A stretch of DNA of 63,799 nucleotides, filler included, from Basidiobolus ranarum (Eukaryota): assembly GCA_040143965.1 (NCBI GenBank). It is 18 parts of 18 records of this genome, joined end to end, with 100 filler letters (N's around TTAATTAATTAA, not from the genome) between each part and the next. Parts side by side here need not be neighbours in the genome. Positions count along the whole stretch, not along the records: positions 49,739 to 53,180 come from JASJQH010009363.1; positions 53,281 to 56,722 come from JASJQH010009364.1; positions 56,823 to 60,262 come from JASJQH010009365.1; positions 60,363 to 63,799 come from JASJQH010009366.1; 14 more parts are not named here. One strand, given 5' to 3'. The stretch's first letter is position 1. The number at the start of each line of letters is the position of its first letter. The notes beneath the pieces are model-generated. The model worked only from the letters and a program-made list of their open reading frames with translations. It was not told the origin of the DNA and made no database searches. The position numbers were made by a program, and so were the translations under genes. Below, one piece after another: positions 51,184-62,164 of the stretch.

Positions 51184-52857
51184 TGTTAAAGTATTTGAGA
51201 GCCCATTGGAAGTGGTTTGGAGAATTAGAGATATTGGTAGTTTTCTCTTATTGATTTATTGAGCAGAATGTTGGCATTTATGGTTTTGTCAAGATATAGT
51301 CAAACTAACATGCAGAATGTGTTAAGGAAGGTCCCAGGAACATGTGTGCTAAGGTTGTGGCTTCTAGCGCTGGTTTGAAGAAATCTATATATCTGAGAAC
51401 TTTTAAGTTGGTGAAAATATTCCAAGTAAATTCCAATTGAGAATACTGGGTAATACTTTAGTGAAATATAAGATGACCAAGTCCTAAGCTATATATGACT
51501 ATATGGGTGATTAGGCAATGCCAATCTCAATACTCTCCCTCTGCTACATAGTCATATAAAGTCATCCTAAGCAAGATCTAAATTTCTCAAATTTCTGTCT
51601 AGATAATGGTTTGGTTAATATATCAGCAATCATGTCTTCTGTAGAACAATAAGTTGAATCTATAAACTTATTCTCTATAGTCTCTCTAATGAAGTGATTT
51701 ACAATATCTATATGTTTGCTTCTGTTATGAAACATGGGATTTTTAGCTATTTTGATACAACTTTGATTATCTTGAAATATTGTACTTGGTGAATTTTGAG
51801 AATAACTTAAATCAGTTAAGAGTTTTCTTGACCATGCTGCTTCTTTTGTTGCTTCATAGGCAGCCATGTATTCTGCTTCTGTTATTGAAAGTGATAAAGT
51901 ATTCGGGAGCCTGTTGGAAGTGGTTTGGAGAAAATAGAGAAATTGGTGGTTTTCCCTTATTGATTTATTTAGCTGAAAGTTGACATTTATAGTTTTGTCA
52001 AAAAGTAAGCATTTCACTGTGCTGAATGCGTCAAGAAAGAGCCTAGGAATATGTGTGCAAAGTTTGGGGCTTGTAGCACAAGCTTGAAAAATTTGTATAT
52101 CTAGGAACTTCCAAGTTGATATTTGAAGCAAATTCCAATGGAGAATAATCAGAAATATCTTAGTGAAATATACAATAACTAAATACTAAGCTATATATGA
52201 CTATATAGATGTTTATGCAATGCTAATTTCAACAGATATAGCTATAGTAAGTTGTTTCTTTGAATTCCAAGAAATAGCTTCATCATAGCAAAGAAATAAG
52301 TATGCTGTTGTAAATCTCCTGTCTTTAGTATCTCTTCCCAGTTTGTATCTGAAGATACCCATTGGATTAAAGTTTGATCAGAATATGTGTACTGTAAGCA
52401 CAGATCCACTTTATCTTTCAAATATATGAAAATCCACTAGACTGCCATAATTTGATCAGATCCATAAATTTGAAGATATTGGCACATAACTCCCACAGAA
52501 TATGCATTATCTGGCCATGTTCCAACCATGATATGTATCAAACTACCAATAAAGATTTGGTCAAGTTAAGATTAGTCTCCATTAGGGTAGATACTGGATT
52601 ACATTCTTCCATTTTAAACTTCTTTAGTATATCTAGGATATACTTAAACTGACTTAAAGTCATTGCTTTAGCAGTTCTTTCTATCATAGCTTGGATTCCA
52701 GAATAGTATATCAGTTCACCAAGATCAGTCATTTTGAATTTGGCAGATAGGCTGTATTTGCTTCTATCCAAAGTCTTTAAGTCATTGATTACTAAAATGA
52801 GGTCATCTACATATAAGGCTAATAAAACTGGGTTTGTCTTATCTGGCCTGAGATAGA
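51184..52857 (-). mobile_element. Copia RT, RNase H, PPT and 3' LTR-A (51184-51532), with a nested LTR-A at 51892-52234
   Basis: LALYVDDL, TEAEYMAA and DNQSCIKIAKNPMFHNRSKHID; PPT GAGGGAGAG; the nested LTR has imperfect GAAAG/GATAT flanks. Confidence 0.92.
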
Positions 52858-52918
52858 CCCTAACAAATATAAAATTGATTTCATCGAGATTGGATCCACC
52901 CTTCTGTAGCACTAAACC
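52858..52918 (-). mobile_element. Stub of the CMC transposase-side terminus inserted in copia RT
   Basis: CCCTAACAAATATAAAATTGATT...TTGGATCCACCCT is the reverse complement of about 37505-37565. Confidence 0.82.
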
Positions 52919-53180
52919 TATTGGGAAAATATGGTCTGTTTGGAGGAACTTTAGAAAAGTGGAGTTGTGAATAGCTTTGTGAGATAATTATTTATTGTCC
53001 AGAAATAAAGCATTTATACATTTTGGTAGAAATACAGAAAACTGACACTGGGGTTGTGTTCAGAATATCTGTGGGAGTAAAATGAGCTATCTTTGGGGCA
53101 ATTTGGACAAGTTTGAAATTTCCAATATGGAATTGCTAATTCTCCCATTATTCACAAACAAATATAATATATGTTCCATT
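52919..53180 (-). mobile_element. LTR, family C
   Basis: Closely matches 25923-26182. Confidence 0.82.
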
Positions 53181-55868
53181 NNNNNNNNNNNNNNNNNNNN
53201 NNNNNNNNNNNNNNNNNNNNNNNNTTAATTAATTAANNNNNNNNNNNNNNNNNNNNNNNNNNNNNNNNNNNNNNNNNNNNTACTATGCACATGCTCCTCA
53301 AAGGAGGTTCATATATTGATTGGACTGGGCGGGTCAAGTTGGCTACTTAGGGTTCTAGCGGTTAGGATCATCGCCGGCCCATCTACCCGCATTACCGTGC
53401 GGTAAGCTATGAGTGCAGAAGAGGGAGAGTATCCAAATACCTCTGCATGAGGGTAGAGTGGATGAGGGAGGATGGCCGAGATTGTTGAAATGCCAACAAA
53501 ACACACCACTCGCAATGGTGAGGAGCACATCTAGATATTTAGGCACAAAGAAACTGGAGCAATAGATGGGTCATGGGCTTCCCGCATGTACGTAGCATCT
53601 GTTCTCGGTGGGTGAGTGAATGCTTTCGCGAAGATGCTGGTTCTTTGAGCTTGGTGGTGCGATCACCGTGAACCATATGATTGGTACTCTTGTAAATTGA
53701 TCAACACTTGGTTGCTAACTGATGGCCTGCTTGACCCCGAGGATCACAATATAATCTCGATATAGCGCTGAGATAAGGGAGACTGTATGCGATCTCGAAG
53801 TGTCCAGAAATCGGATGGGTATATCTACTTTACCATGAACTTAGTTTGCGATGTGTGTAGGCCATCGTGATGATTGTTGATACTGAAATTGTTGATTCCA
53901 TATCGACCGAATCACAATAAGATTTCAATATGAGCTTGACCACCTTCAAATGGAAATATACCTATTTCATCTATGGATCAATGTCAGGGAGATCCAGAAG
54001 AGACTCATGCATCTATTGTTATGCTCACACGAGCTCTGTGTTTGTAATTGAATATGCGTAGACATAGCAGTAAAACTCTACTAAGGGTGAGGTGCCTTCC
54101 CTCTCTCTAGGAAATCCGATCGATTCTCTCCCGCAAACCCGCTCGATAAGAAAAAATGATTTTAGAAGGGTCAGGGTGAAGTATGGGACGTAAAATAAAT
54201 AAGGTTACTCTCAAGTCTTATCAAGTGTAGGGACAATACTCTCTGGTTTGAGGCCTAGCTCAATGAAAGTGTGTCGAATTGCGCTTAGGGCTGTTTTCAA
54301 CTTGACCTACATATTGGTAGGAGTACTAGCATGGGTATGGGAAAGCAGTTGCTATCTGCAAATATTGGCAACATCTTCCCCTTCGAAGAAATTAAAAGGT
54401 AGCCGACCTTCTCCCATTGTAATAGGGTTTGTGCCGCTTCATACGATAGGGAAGGACCTACTCCCCCATGTTCTCAAACCCCTAGGCAATTCCATCACGC
54501 TCTTATATTTGATTAGCAGTTTTTATAAGTTGGGTTGAAGAAAAGCTATAAGATAAATTCTCCAAAAGCAAAAAGAATCGAATAGTAATGATAGGAAGAA
54601 AATGAACACTATCTGACCTCGGAGAGACGGTCTCTGGGAATCAAAACTAACTCGTGAAATGGCATATTTAATGTTGGAAAAAGGCGCAGTCTCTAATTGG
54701 AAAAGAGTCCAGATACACTTTGCTTCCTTATTCAACGGAGTGTAAATATATAGATGCCATCGAGACTGGATATATGTGACTTGTTTATTTGTTGATTCAA
54801 CGTAATTCATATTTTACATGTACCAAGATCATCAAGGTATACTGTATTCGTAGCATATTTAATCCTTCAGTTGAACAATACTATTTAATTAAATACAGTA
54901 GAGGGACAAGCTTTCATAATGCAAATGAAAATATGAGATTTGTATTTACGCTTTACGGTTATGCACAAAGTTGTACATGTATATCGCTTCTTTCAATTTA
55001 CGAAGCTTGAGAATACTCCTTATACATCTTTTGATATGCGAACGGCATCCACTACTCATAGTAATATCCTAAACATCGTCTACTAAAACTCTATCGCCCA
55101 GTAAGAGTATGTGGCTTGATGGCAATAGCTCGCTTACTGCACTACACTAAGTATCGATGGCTGATAAACATTGAACATTGGGCATTTTGATGACTTGTAA
55201 TTTTATTTGACAGAGAGGGCTAGGTCTCAATATAAAGAAATGCATTCTATACACGTATCTAGTAAGAGTTAATGGTAGTTGTGCTGTTAAGTAGCATCTA
55301 GAATGATCAAACATTATTCAAGAAGCCCAAGTCACGAAGAGAATTAAGTAATGAAAGAAAAATAAAGCTCATATAGCTGCAAATATATGATAAGGCTTGA
55401 GAATTAGATTCGACGCTGAAGAAGCGTCTACGCCAAAACAATGCATTTACGTGTAGTTCAGCTTGGCCAACAGTCTAAAGTGGTCACATATCTCTCAAAG
55501 TTCAAGCAAGCCATAGTTAATAATATAAACCCTTCCTCCGATATAATAGAAAAGTCTTCAATATATATTGATTTGATTTCTTTTTTGACTTCTATACATA
55601 TTTACACGTTTCTTTGAAACCTATGTTCATTTTTTCTTCAGTGCTCTTATCAAAATAATAATCGTAATTTGCATAAGCTATGTTTAATCGAGCACGACTA
55701 CTCGCATTGGAAATTCTAAAATCAACCATTCTAGAATAGCATATATAGAAAATATGATTTTTTTAGAATCCATATGAAAAAAATAAACAAAGAAAAGAGA
55801 AGCTTTGTAAGAGCACTGTTTTAGTTGACACGAGAAATACGAATACAGTAGCGGGTCAGAGAGCCAAA

Positions 55869-56722
55869 ATGCAATTCAACTCTACTACAGAACTTTCACA
55901 ACTTCATAAAGAATTAGAAGAGGATGCTCTTAAGTATTCTCCTGCCCAGTTTCATCTGACGCCGGGCTTGATCCCTGAAGGCACAGTGAAGGAATGGAAT
56001 TCGCGTAATAGAACATTGAAAACCGCAATGAACCCGGCTGGAAACGAACTTGCTATTCATGTAGGGGGCCAAAAAGCCAAAGAATTATTAAAGGTTGAAG
56101 CAGTTTAGTTTTATAGAATCACGCCCTCGTTGTTAATGTTATTTGCGGGCATAGCATTTGACTTTTATTTCTAAATCATTTGGATTTATATTTTTTAGAA
56201 TGATTCTCAACTAAAAGCTTTCGAGCAAGATCAGCAAATTCATATCGTAGCTTGGAATAGATTTTCACAAAAGAGACGTCCTGTAAGAATAATTTACTAC
56301 TTTGTTCGCTACATCCACTGTTTCCGCAAGTTCTGACTCTTAGATTTTTAGTTCATCAATACTACATATGGAATTTTCCGTTTGTTTCAAACTTTAAACT
56401 CTGAAAATCAAGGCGAATCTGAAAATGGAGCTCGGGATGAATACCAAGCGTAAGTCTAATTCTTTGTAAAACTTATCTTTTCTCTTTCTAAACGATTACG
56501 TTATATCAAAAGAAAACTAGATGCGCATACAATTAGTCAATACTATTCCGAAGCAATTAAAAATCACCTGGTTCTTCTTCAAGTAATTTACTTTACAGAA
56601 ATCTATTTCATTTCAATTGATTGCTGACGTTGAAATTTAGAGTGATGGTTCTGACAAAAACGCCAGTGAAGTTATTCTTTTTGAAGGAATCTACACTATT
56701 TGGAATCTATGCGAGGTTCTTT
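55869..56722 (+). CDS. NUP85: Nucleoporin Nup85, N-terminal exons
   Basis: Spliced FINTTYGIFRLFQ...ISQYYSEAIK...LFEGIYTIWNLCEVL parallels Nup85 LFNESHGIF..LQ...VSKNYRSVI...LIWNLCEIL (recalled alignment); four GT-AG introns. Confidence 0.78.
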
Positions 56723-56822
56723 NNNNNNNNNNNNNNNNNNNNNNNNNNNNNNNNNNNNNNNNNNNNTTAATTAATTAANNNNNNNNNNNNNNNNNNNNNN
56801 NNNNNNNNNNNNNNNNNNNNNN

Positions 56823-57778
56823 CGTTCATGGTGGAATATTGCAAAACATTGGTCGTGGCTATACTGATCTCACTGCTGCTCTCTGCGCTGTAGGTATTCA
56901 GGCAGAGGAACTTCAGATATGGAAAGAAGTTGATGGTATATTCACTGCCGATCCTCGCAAAGTTCCCAACGCGAGACTACTGAATATTATTACTCCCGAT
57001 GAGGCCGCTGAACTTACGTACTACGGTTCAGAGGTTATCCATCCATTTACCATGGATCAAGTTATTCATGCACGAATCCCTATTCGTATTAAAAATGTTC
57101 AAAACCCTGGTGGGAATGGTACTATTATCCTGCCTGAGGTTCATCAGAAAGGAAGCACCTCTCCTCATTCACCTGAAGTCTTACTTGAGAATGGATATTT
57201 ACCAGATCTTTCACGCAGACATCCTACAGCCATAACAATCAAGGAGGACATTTTTGTTTTGAATATCCGTTCTAACCGCAAATCCGTATCCCATGGCTTT
57301 TTTGCTAGGATTTTTGCTACTCTAGATCGTTATGGTATTGCTGTTGATGTGATCGCTACTAGTGAAGTTCATGTTTCTATGGCTTTAGGTACGAATACCT
57401 GTGAATTACACTTGGCAGGTGCCGTGAAAGAACTCACCCAAATCGGCTCGGTAGACATCATGAAGAATATGGCGATACTCAGTTTAGTTGGGAAGCAAAT
57501 GAGAAATATGGTTGGAATTGCTGGCGCTATGTTTACGAGCCTTGCGAAGTCAAATATCCTTTTTTACAATTCGCTCAATTTATTCAAGATGATGTGATAT
57601 TATACTTCTTTAACTCACCTCTCCACATATTAATATTGAGATGATTTCACAGGGTGCCTCGGAGATCAACATATCGTGTATTATCTCCAAGACACATGCT
57701 GATAATGCTCTTCGTGTCGTTCATGACAGTTTACTGGCGAACGTTGATTATAGTGAGTTAAATGGGAGTATTATTTAA
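56823..57778 (+). CDS. HOM3: Aspartate kinase, C-terminal kinase and ACT domains
   Basis: IGRGYTDLTAAL, ELQIWKEVDGIFTADPRKVP, EAAELTYYGSEVIHPFTM and TSEVHVSMA; after the intron, NINIEMISQGASEINISC. Confidence 0.97.
57554..57626 (+). other. U12-type (minor spliceosome) AT-AC intron, 73 nt, phase 1
   Basis: 5' splice site ATATCCTTT; branch point TTCTTTAAC at 57606-57614; 3' end CCAC. Excision restores LAKSNINIEMISQG in frame. Confidence 0.92.
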
Positions 57779-57806
57779 TGTTGCACCTTGAATTTCTTGA
57801 TTTTCT

Positions 57807-57926
57807 GGACACTATGGACAATTCTTAAAATTTATGGACAATATTTCGTTAGTACAGTATTTTAGATGTAGATTATGGACACTTTAAGGACAATTATTAG
57901 TTTATTCTATGGACATTTACAGGACA
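57807..57926 (+). repeat. Cluster of seven GGACA motifs in the aspartate kinase 3' UTR
   Basis: Direct count; contexts are TGGACA or AGGACA, starting about 30 nt after the stop codon. Confidence 0.85.
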
Positions 57927-58512
57927 TTTTTCATTTTAGCTTTGATTTTTTATATAGCATGCTTAGTATATTATTTTTAGTGCCAAAGCAAGATCAGGGT
58001 CATCTGAATCCTATTTATTCACCGCTGTACCCATCTCAATTTCATTTGGAAAAATAAATAATGATCGTATTTTTTCACAGGCGAACTTTCGGTACTTGTT
58101 ACATTCGCATTTGGTTCGAATGTGCAGAACCCAGTGCCTCCATACAGGTGACGATTGGAAGGTACTAGCCAAGTGATGTGTGAGTGAGTGTTTTCTATTC
58201 TCTGGGCTTCAAACATTACTTCCCTTCTACGGGCCCTCGAGTAGTAAAGCGGTGTCTCTGCAATCTCTATCAAGCATCGGTGCACCTCTAAAAATCATAC
58301 CGTAATTTTCGGATAGTCTTTCAGGTAATTTATGGGATTTTCAATTAATTGCTACCGTTTCTTGATCCGAATTTAACCAATGGCCATTGAAGAGAGAGGA
58401 TAGGATCCTAATTTCCATATTAACGGTATTGGTCAGATCCAGATATCTTAGTTTACTTTCATAATCATAAGGTACGGTGGAAAGAAAATCTACTTGTTAA
58501 CTAATCCAAGCT

Positions 58513-58910
58513 ATGGAACACGCAGGAAGTGGTCGTGGTGATTACTATGGTGCTCAAAGCAATTTTCAATACAATGGACGCGGTAGAGGAAGGGGTCGTG
58601 GTGGTAGAGGCAACTGGAGAGGTCGAGGACGCGGTGGAAATAATTACCAAGGGCAAGGACGTGGTAACTTTAATAAAGGTTACGTAAATGCCAACTCTGG
58701 AGAGTACCAATCAGCTCCTAAAGTAAATATTACTTCCTGTTGATCACCTATCTTAACGTTCATATAAGTAACTTTACTAATTCTATACCTGACTAGAAGC
58801 AACGCACTGAGCATCCCCATTTCAATTCAACCATCAATGATATATCCATTTATTATAAGAAAAGTTTTTTACAAGATCCTTGGTCTCATCTGGAAGCGCC
58901 GACACGATGA
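58513..58910 (+). CDS. Small RGG-rich protein with C-terminal MPLKIP/TTDN1-like motif
   Basis: Exon 58513-58722 (GRGRGRGGRG), GT-AG intron 58723-58796, exon ending ISIYYKKSFLQDPWSHLEAPTR*. YxKxSxLxDPW is the MPLKIP signature. Confidence 0.7.
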
Positions 58911-60362
58911 GAAACTACAAGTATTATCTCTACACAAGATTTACGCTGTAAAGAAATTGTGGTAAAGGAGTCGGGAGAAAACGTAGAACTCTTGCCATAT
59001 ATTCATGTATCTAGTATTAGGCAATTCAAATGTTACACTGTATGCTCTCTTCTGTCTATTTACTTTAGGAATACACCTACGCTTACATATATATAAATAT
59101 ATATATACGTTTGGCTTTGAATAAATCTTTACTCCTGCAAATACCCTCCTTGAGCAACAGGTTCCGGTTCAAAACGGGTAGTTGAATATGACTGGTTCAT
59201 AGTAGATATTCGCTATCTCCAGTGAATTTTATATGTATATAGTACACCAAAAATCAAGTTCGAAGAAGGGAAATATCCCTACTAATACGGTTCTCTAAAA
59301 GCTTGCCCCTTACTGGGTTGATTGTATGCACCAAACAAACCAATTATATCTCATTAACCATGGCAAGGGGGAAGAGTTGAGTTTTACTCATTGTTTCAAG
59401 CTTGTTCAGCTCACATAAATCTGGTTTATCTCACTATTCTCAGTCCAATAAACATTGAATCCCTTGACCACATCATCAATATCAAAATATAACTCCTGGA
59501 ACACATTTAACATACATAACCTAATTCCGCAAAGGGGGTATCTAAACCAACATTTTATCTACCGAAAACACGACAAATAGTAACAAGTGTGGCGCATACT
59601 AGTTACTTGTTCATGTACCCATCAATATAACTTTCAAAACTGCAAACATTCAAGTTATCCATTATTATAGGAGTAGCTGGAAAGTGGAGTATGTATATCT
59701 CACTTGTTGTATCTGGTTTTAATACAACATGAACAAGAAATTGAACCGTTGTATAGTCTCCAGTTCAAAGTATTGATGTCACTCTGGTTTCAGAATCCTG
59801 GAGTCCACCCTAGAACCCTACCCAGCCTTAGCTACTCTCGGATAGCTCTGGCTAAATACTGTGGTGATAAAATAGCCATGATTCAATAGATCACTAGAAG
59901 AACAAATGTGGAACTGCAAACAATTCGAAAACAGGTCTAAAAGATGTTGGAGCTATTTTGTTCTTGACATAGATAGTGATGTGCAAATATTCCTATCAAT
60001 TGTAAGAAGGTTCTTGTTTAGTGCGAGGTCGAAATATGATGTTGTAGAGTGCTTCACTAATATACTTAGTATAGCCCCCTCTCTCAATTGATGTCCCAAA
60101 TCAGCGTAATTACTGTATATACATGCAGGTAGATAGTTTAGGAGACTGACCTCTCTGAGCTTATGAATAGTTATGAGGCAAAGAGAACTGCGTGAAAATA
60201 TAGACACCCATTCTATGGTAGAACAAGTAGATTCATTCTCACCTTCTATTAGCATTGACTAGNNNNNNNNNNNNNNNNNNNNNNNNNNNNNNNNNNNNNN
60301 NNNNNNTTAATTAATTAANNNNNNNNNNNNNNNNNNNNNNNNNNNNNNNNNNNNNNNNNNNN

Positions 60363-61143
60363 TGATGGCAGCTCTGACATTCAGAGTCTTTTGGTTTGCC
60401 GGTTTTCCTATGAGATTTCTACTTTCATGTGCCCAAGCAATTTTGGGTTGTTGTGTAGGCTTAATGGTCCAACTCATATTCTGCTCTGCTAGATTGTCAC
60501 GGTGACATTCATATGTATGGTGTGGGATTGATTGAGATCCTATATGAGAATGGATGGAGGGAGCAGCATGTTGCTGTAGCTCAAGTACAGCATTCTGAAG
60601 GTCTTGTATTGTTGTTGAGTGACTCTCTAACTGCTGAATAGTTGCTTCCAAATGCTACATTAATTGCAATATTGCATTGTTATTGCTTGTCATGGCCTGT
60701 ATAGCAACTTCATAGTTTTTACTTATGAATGCATACAAATTGTTATGGTGTTTTGCCTGTGAATCCCTTGCTGTAATAATTCTATCCAAATTTTCCACAG
60801 AGGGTTGTTCAATAGTGGGCAAAGTAGCCATTTTGGAAGTTGATGGTCTTGATAGTGTTTTGGTTGAACTTTGCTCAACTATTGATTTACTATGTAATTG
60901 GGGGATTACAATCTCTTCACAAGCACTATCACTGGAAAGGAACACATTGGGTAAATTGATCAATGCTTCATGATTACTTGAGTTAGTTTCTGGCATTTTA
61001 ATGCCTTCCTAAGTAGATAGTGTATCACTAGACTGCTCATCAATTAAGTCCTCTGTTCTTGCTGGTTTCTTTCCTTTCATGGCACCAGGCTTTGGCTTGG
61101 AAGCCAATTTTGATTTAGAATTTGAACACTTTTTGAATGGCAT
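60363..61143 (-). mobile_element. CMC ORF2 N-terminal half
   Basis: MPFKK.S.SKSKLASKPK...MPETNSSNHEALINLP...MATLPTIEQPSVENLDRII. Confidence 0.88.
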
Positions 61144-61354
61144 TGAAATTTTCATATGGTAAAATTGATGTAATGAAATTGCTTAGAAACAGCTTAAATA
61201 AACCAAAATTGCCATCCATCACTGGTAATATTGTATAAATCCCCCAATGACACATCTGTGACACCATCTCACAATCAGCTGATGATATCGATGGGCTTTA
61301 CCTAAAATACCACCCTTATTTAGGAGGTGTTCTGTTTCCTACAATATTCTTCTC
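61144..61354. promoter_or_regulatory. Putative bidirectional promoter between ORF2 and transposase
   Basis: About 210 bp between divergent ATGs. The core GTGACACCATCTCA.AATCAGCTGATGAT is conserved near 6835, 16610, 33000 and 61260. Confidence 0.5.
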
Positions 61355-62160
61355 ATGCTGCAACACAAACATTTAAAGAATCCCTGCTATAATTGTCATA
61401 AATTCTTCTGCTATGAAAGCCAGGGGCTTCATAGCAAAAATAATCACAAGCATGGTTGCTGTACAAAGCCTGGTGTAAAACAACAGTAATAAGAGCACCA
61501 AATCAACTTAAGTTTTGCTCATTGAGTCCACTGACTATACTTTGCCTCAAAGTTTTGGTAACACTGACAAAAGTCAAGATAACATGGAGTTACCACAGTT
61601 ATATGACAAGAATGATGTAGGTAGAAATGCAACTTTGGTCAAACCATTAAGTCCAGAAAACTTTAAGGACTTGCTGCTAGATACTAATATTGGTTATTCT
61701 AGTACCAATGGTAGTATATCGGAAGTTGAAGAAGAAGAAGATGGTTTTGTTATACACTCTTTGTTAATGGCTAACATTAGTCCACTCATAACACTTACTG
61801 TAAAGGAAGCAGCTTTCATTATTGAGGAGTGGAGAGTTCAATCCAATCTTAGCAACCAGGCGTTTATTAGTTTTTTTACACTTTTACCACAGGTGATTGG
61901 CAACTGTTGCTTGCCACAGACCTGGTACAAGTGGAAAACACTTGTCAATTGTATGACTTATAATACTTCAGTAAATAAACTACCTTCATGTCCAAATGGT
62001 TGTTTGACTTTCACTGGTGATCTAAAAAACCTGAAGTCATGTATGGTTTGCACACAATTGGCAATCACTGAATCAGATAAATATTGTTCATATTCAGTTT
62101 ACATACCATTGATTCCCTGTCTTAAAGTTTTTTTTAAATCACCCAAATATAGATCATCTT
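61355..62160 (+). mobile_element. CMC transposase N-terminal part
   Basis: PCYNCHKFFC..., MELPQLYD, CPNGCLTF..LKSCMVC and YIPLIPCLK. Confidence 0.88.
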
Positions 62161-62164
62161 CCAA

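Noticed and set aside
51562-52131. 189-aa ORF suggesting an RNase H with a novel N-terminus
   Set aside because: The N-terminal part is chance read-through of a nested LTR (51892-52234).
53281-55860. Short ORFs in the CpG-normal region upstream of NUP85
   Set aside because: No motifs or consistent exon structure; treated as intergenic or UTR of a gene outside the contig.
59155-59185. GGTTCAAAA T-loop-like word suggesting a tRNA
   Set aside because: No cloverleaf stems can be formed.
3464-60362. Regular ~3.55-kb periodicity with a TTAATTAATTAA palindrome
   Set aside because: It is an artificial linker between size-sorted contigs. Gene neighbourhoods across linkers (for example chitinase with hexosaminidase) and ORFs ending in X..LIN are artefacts.
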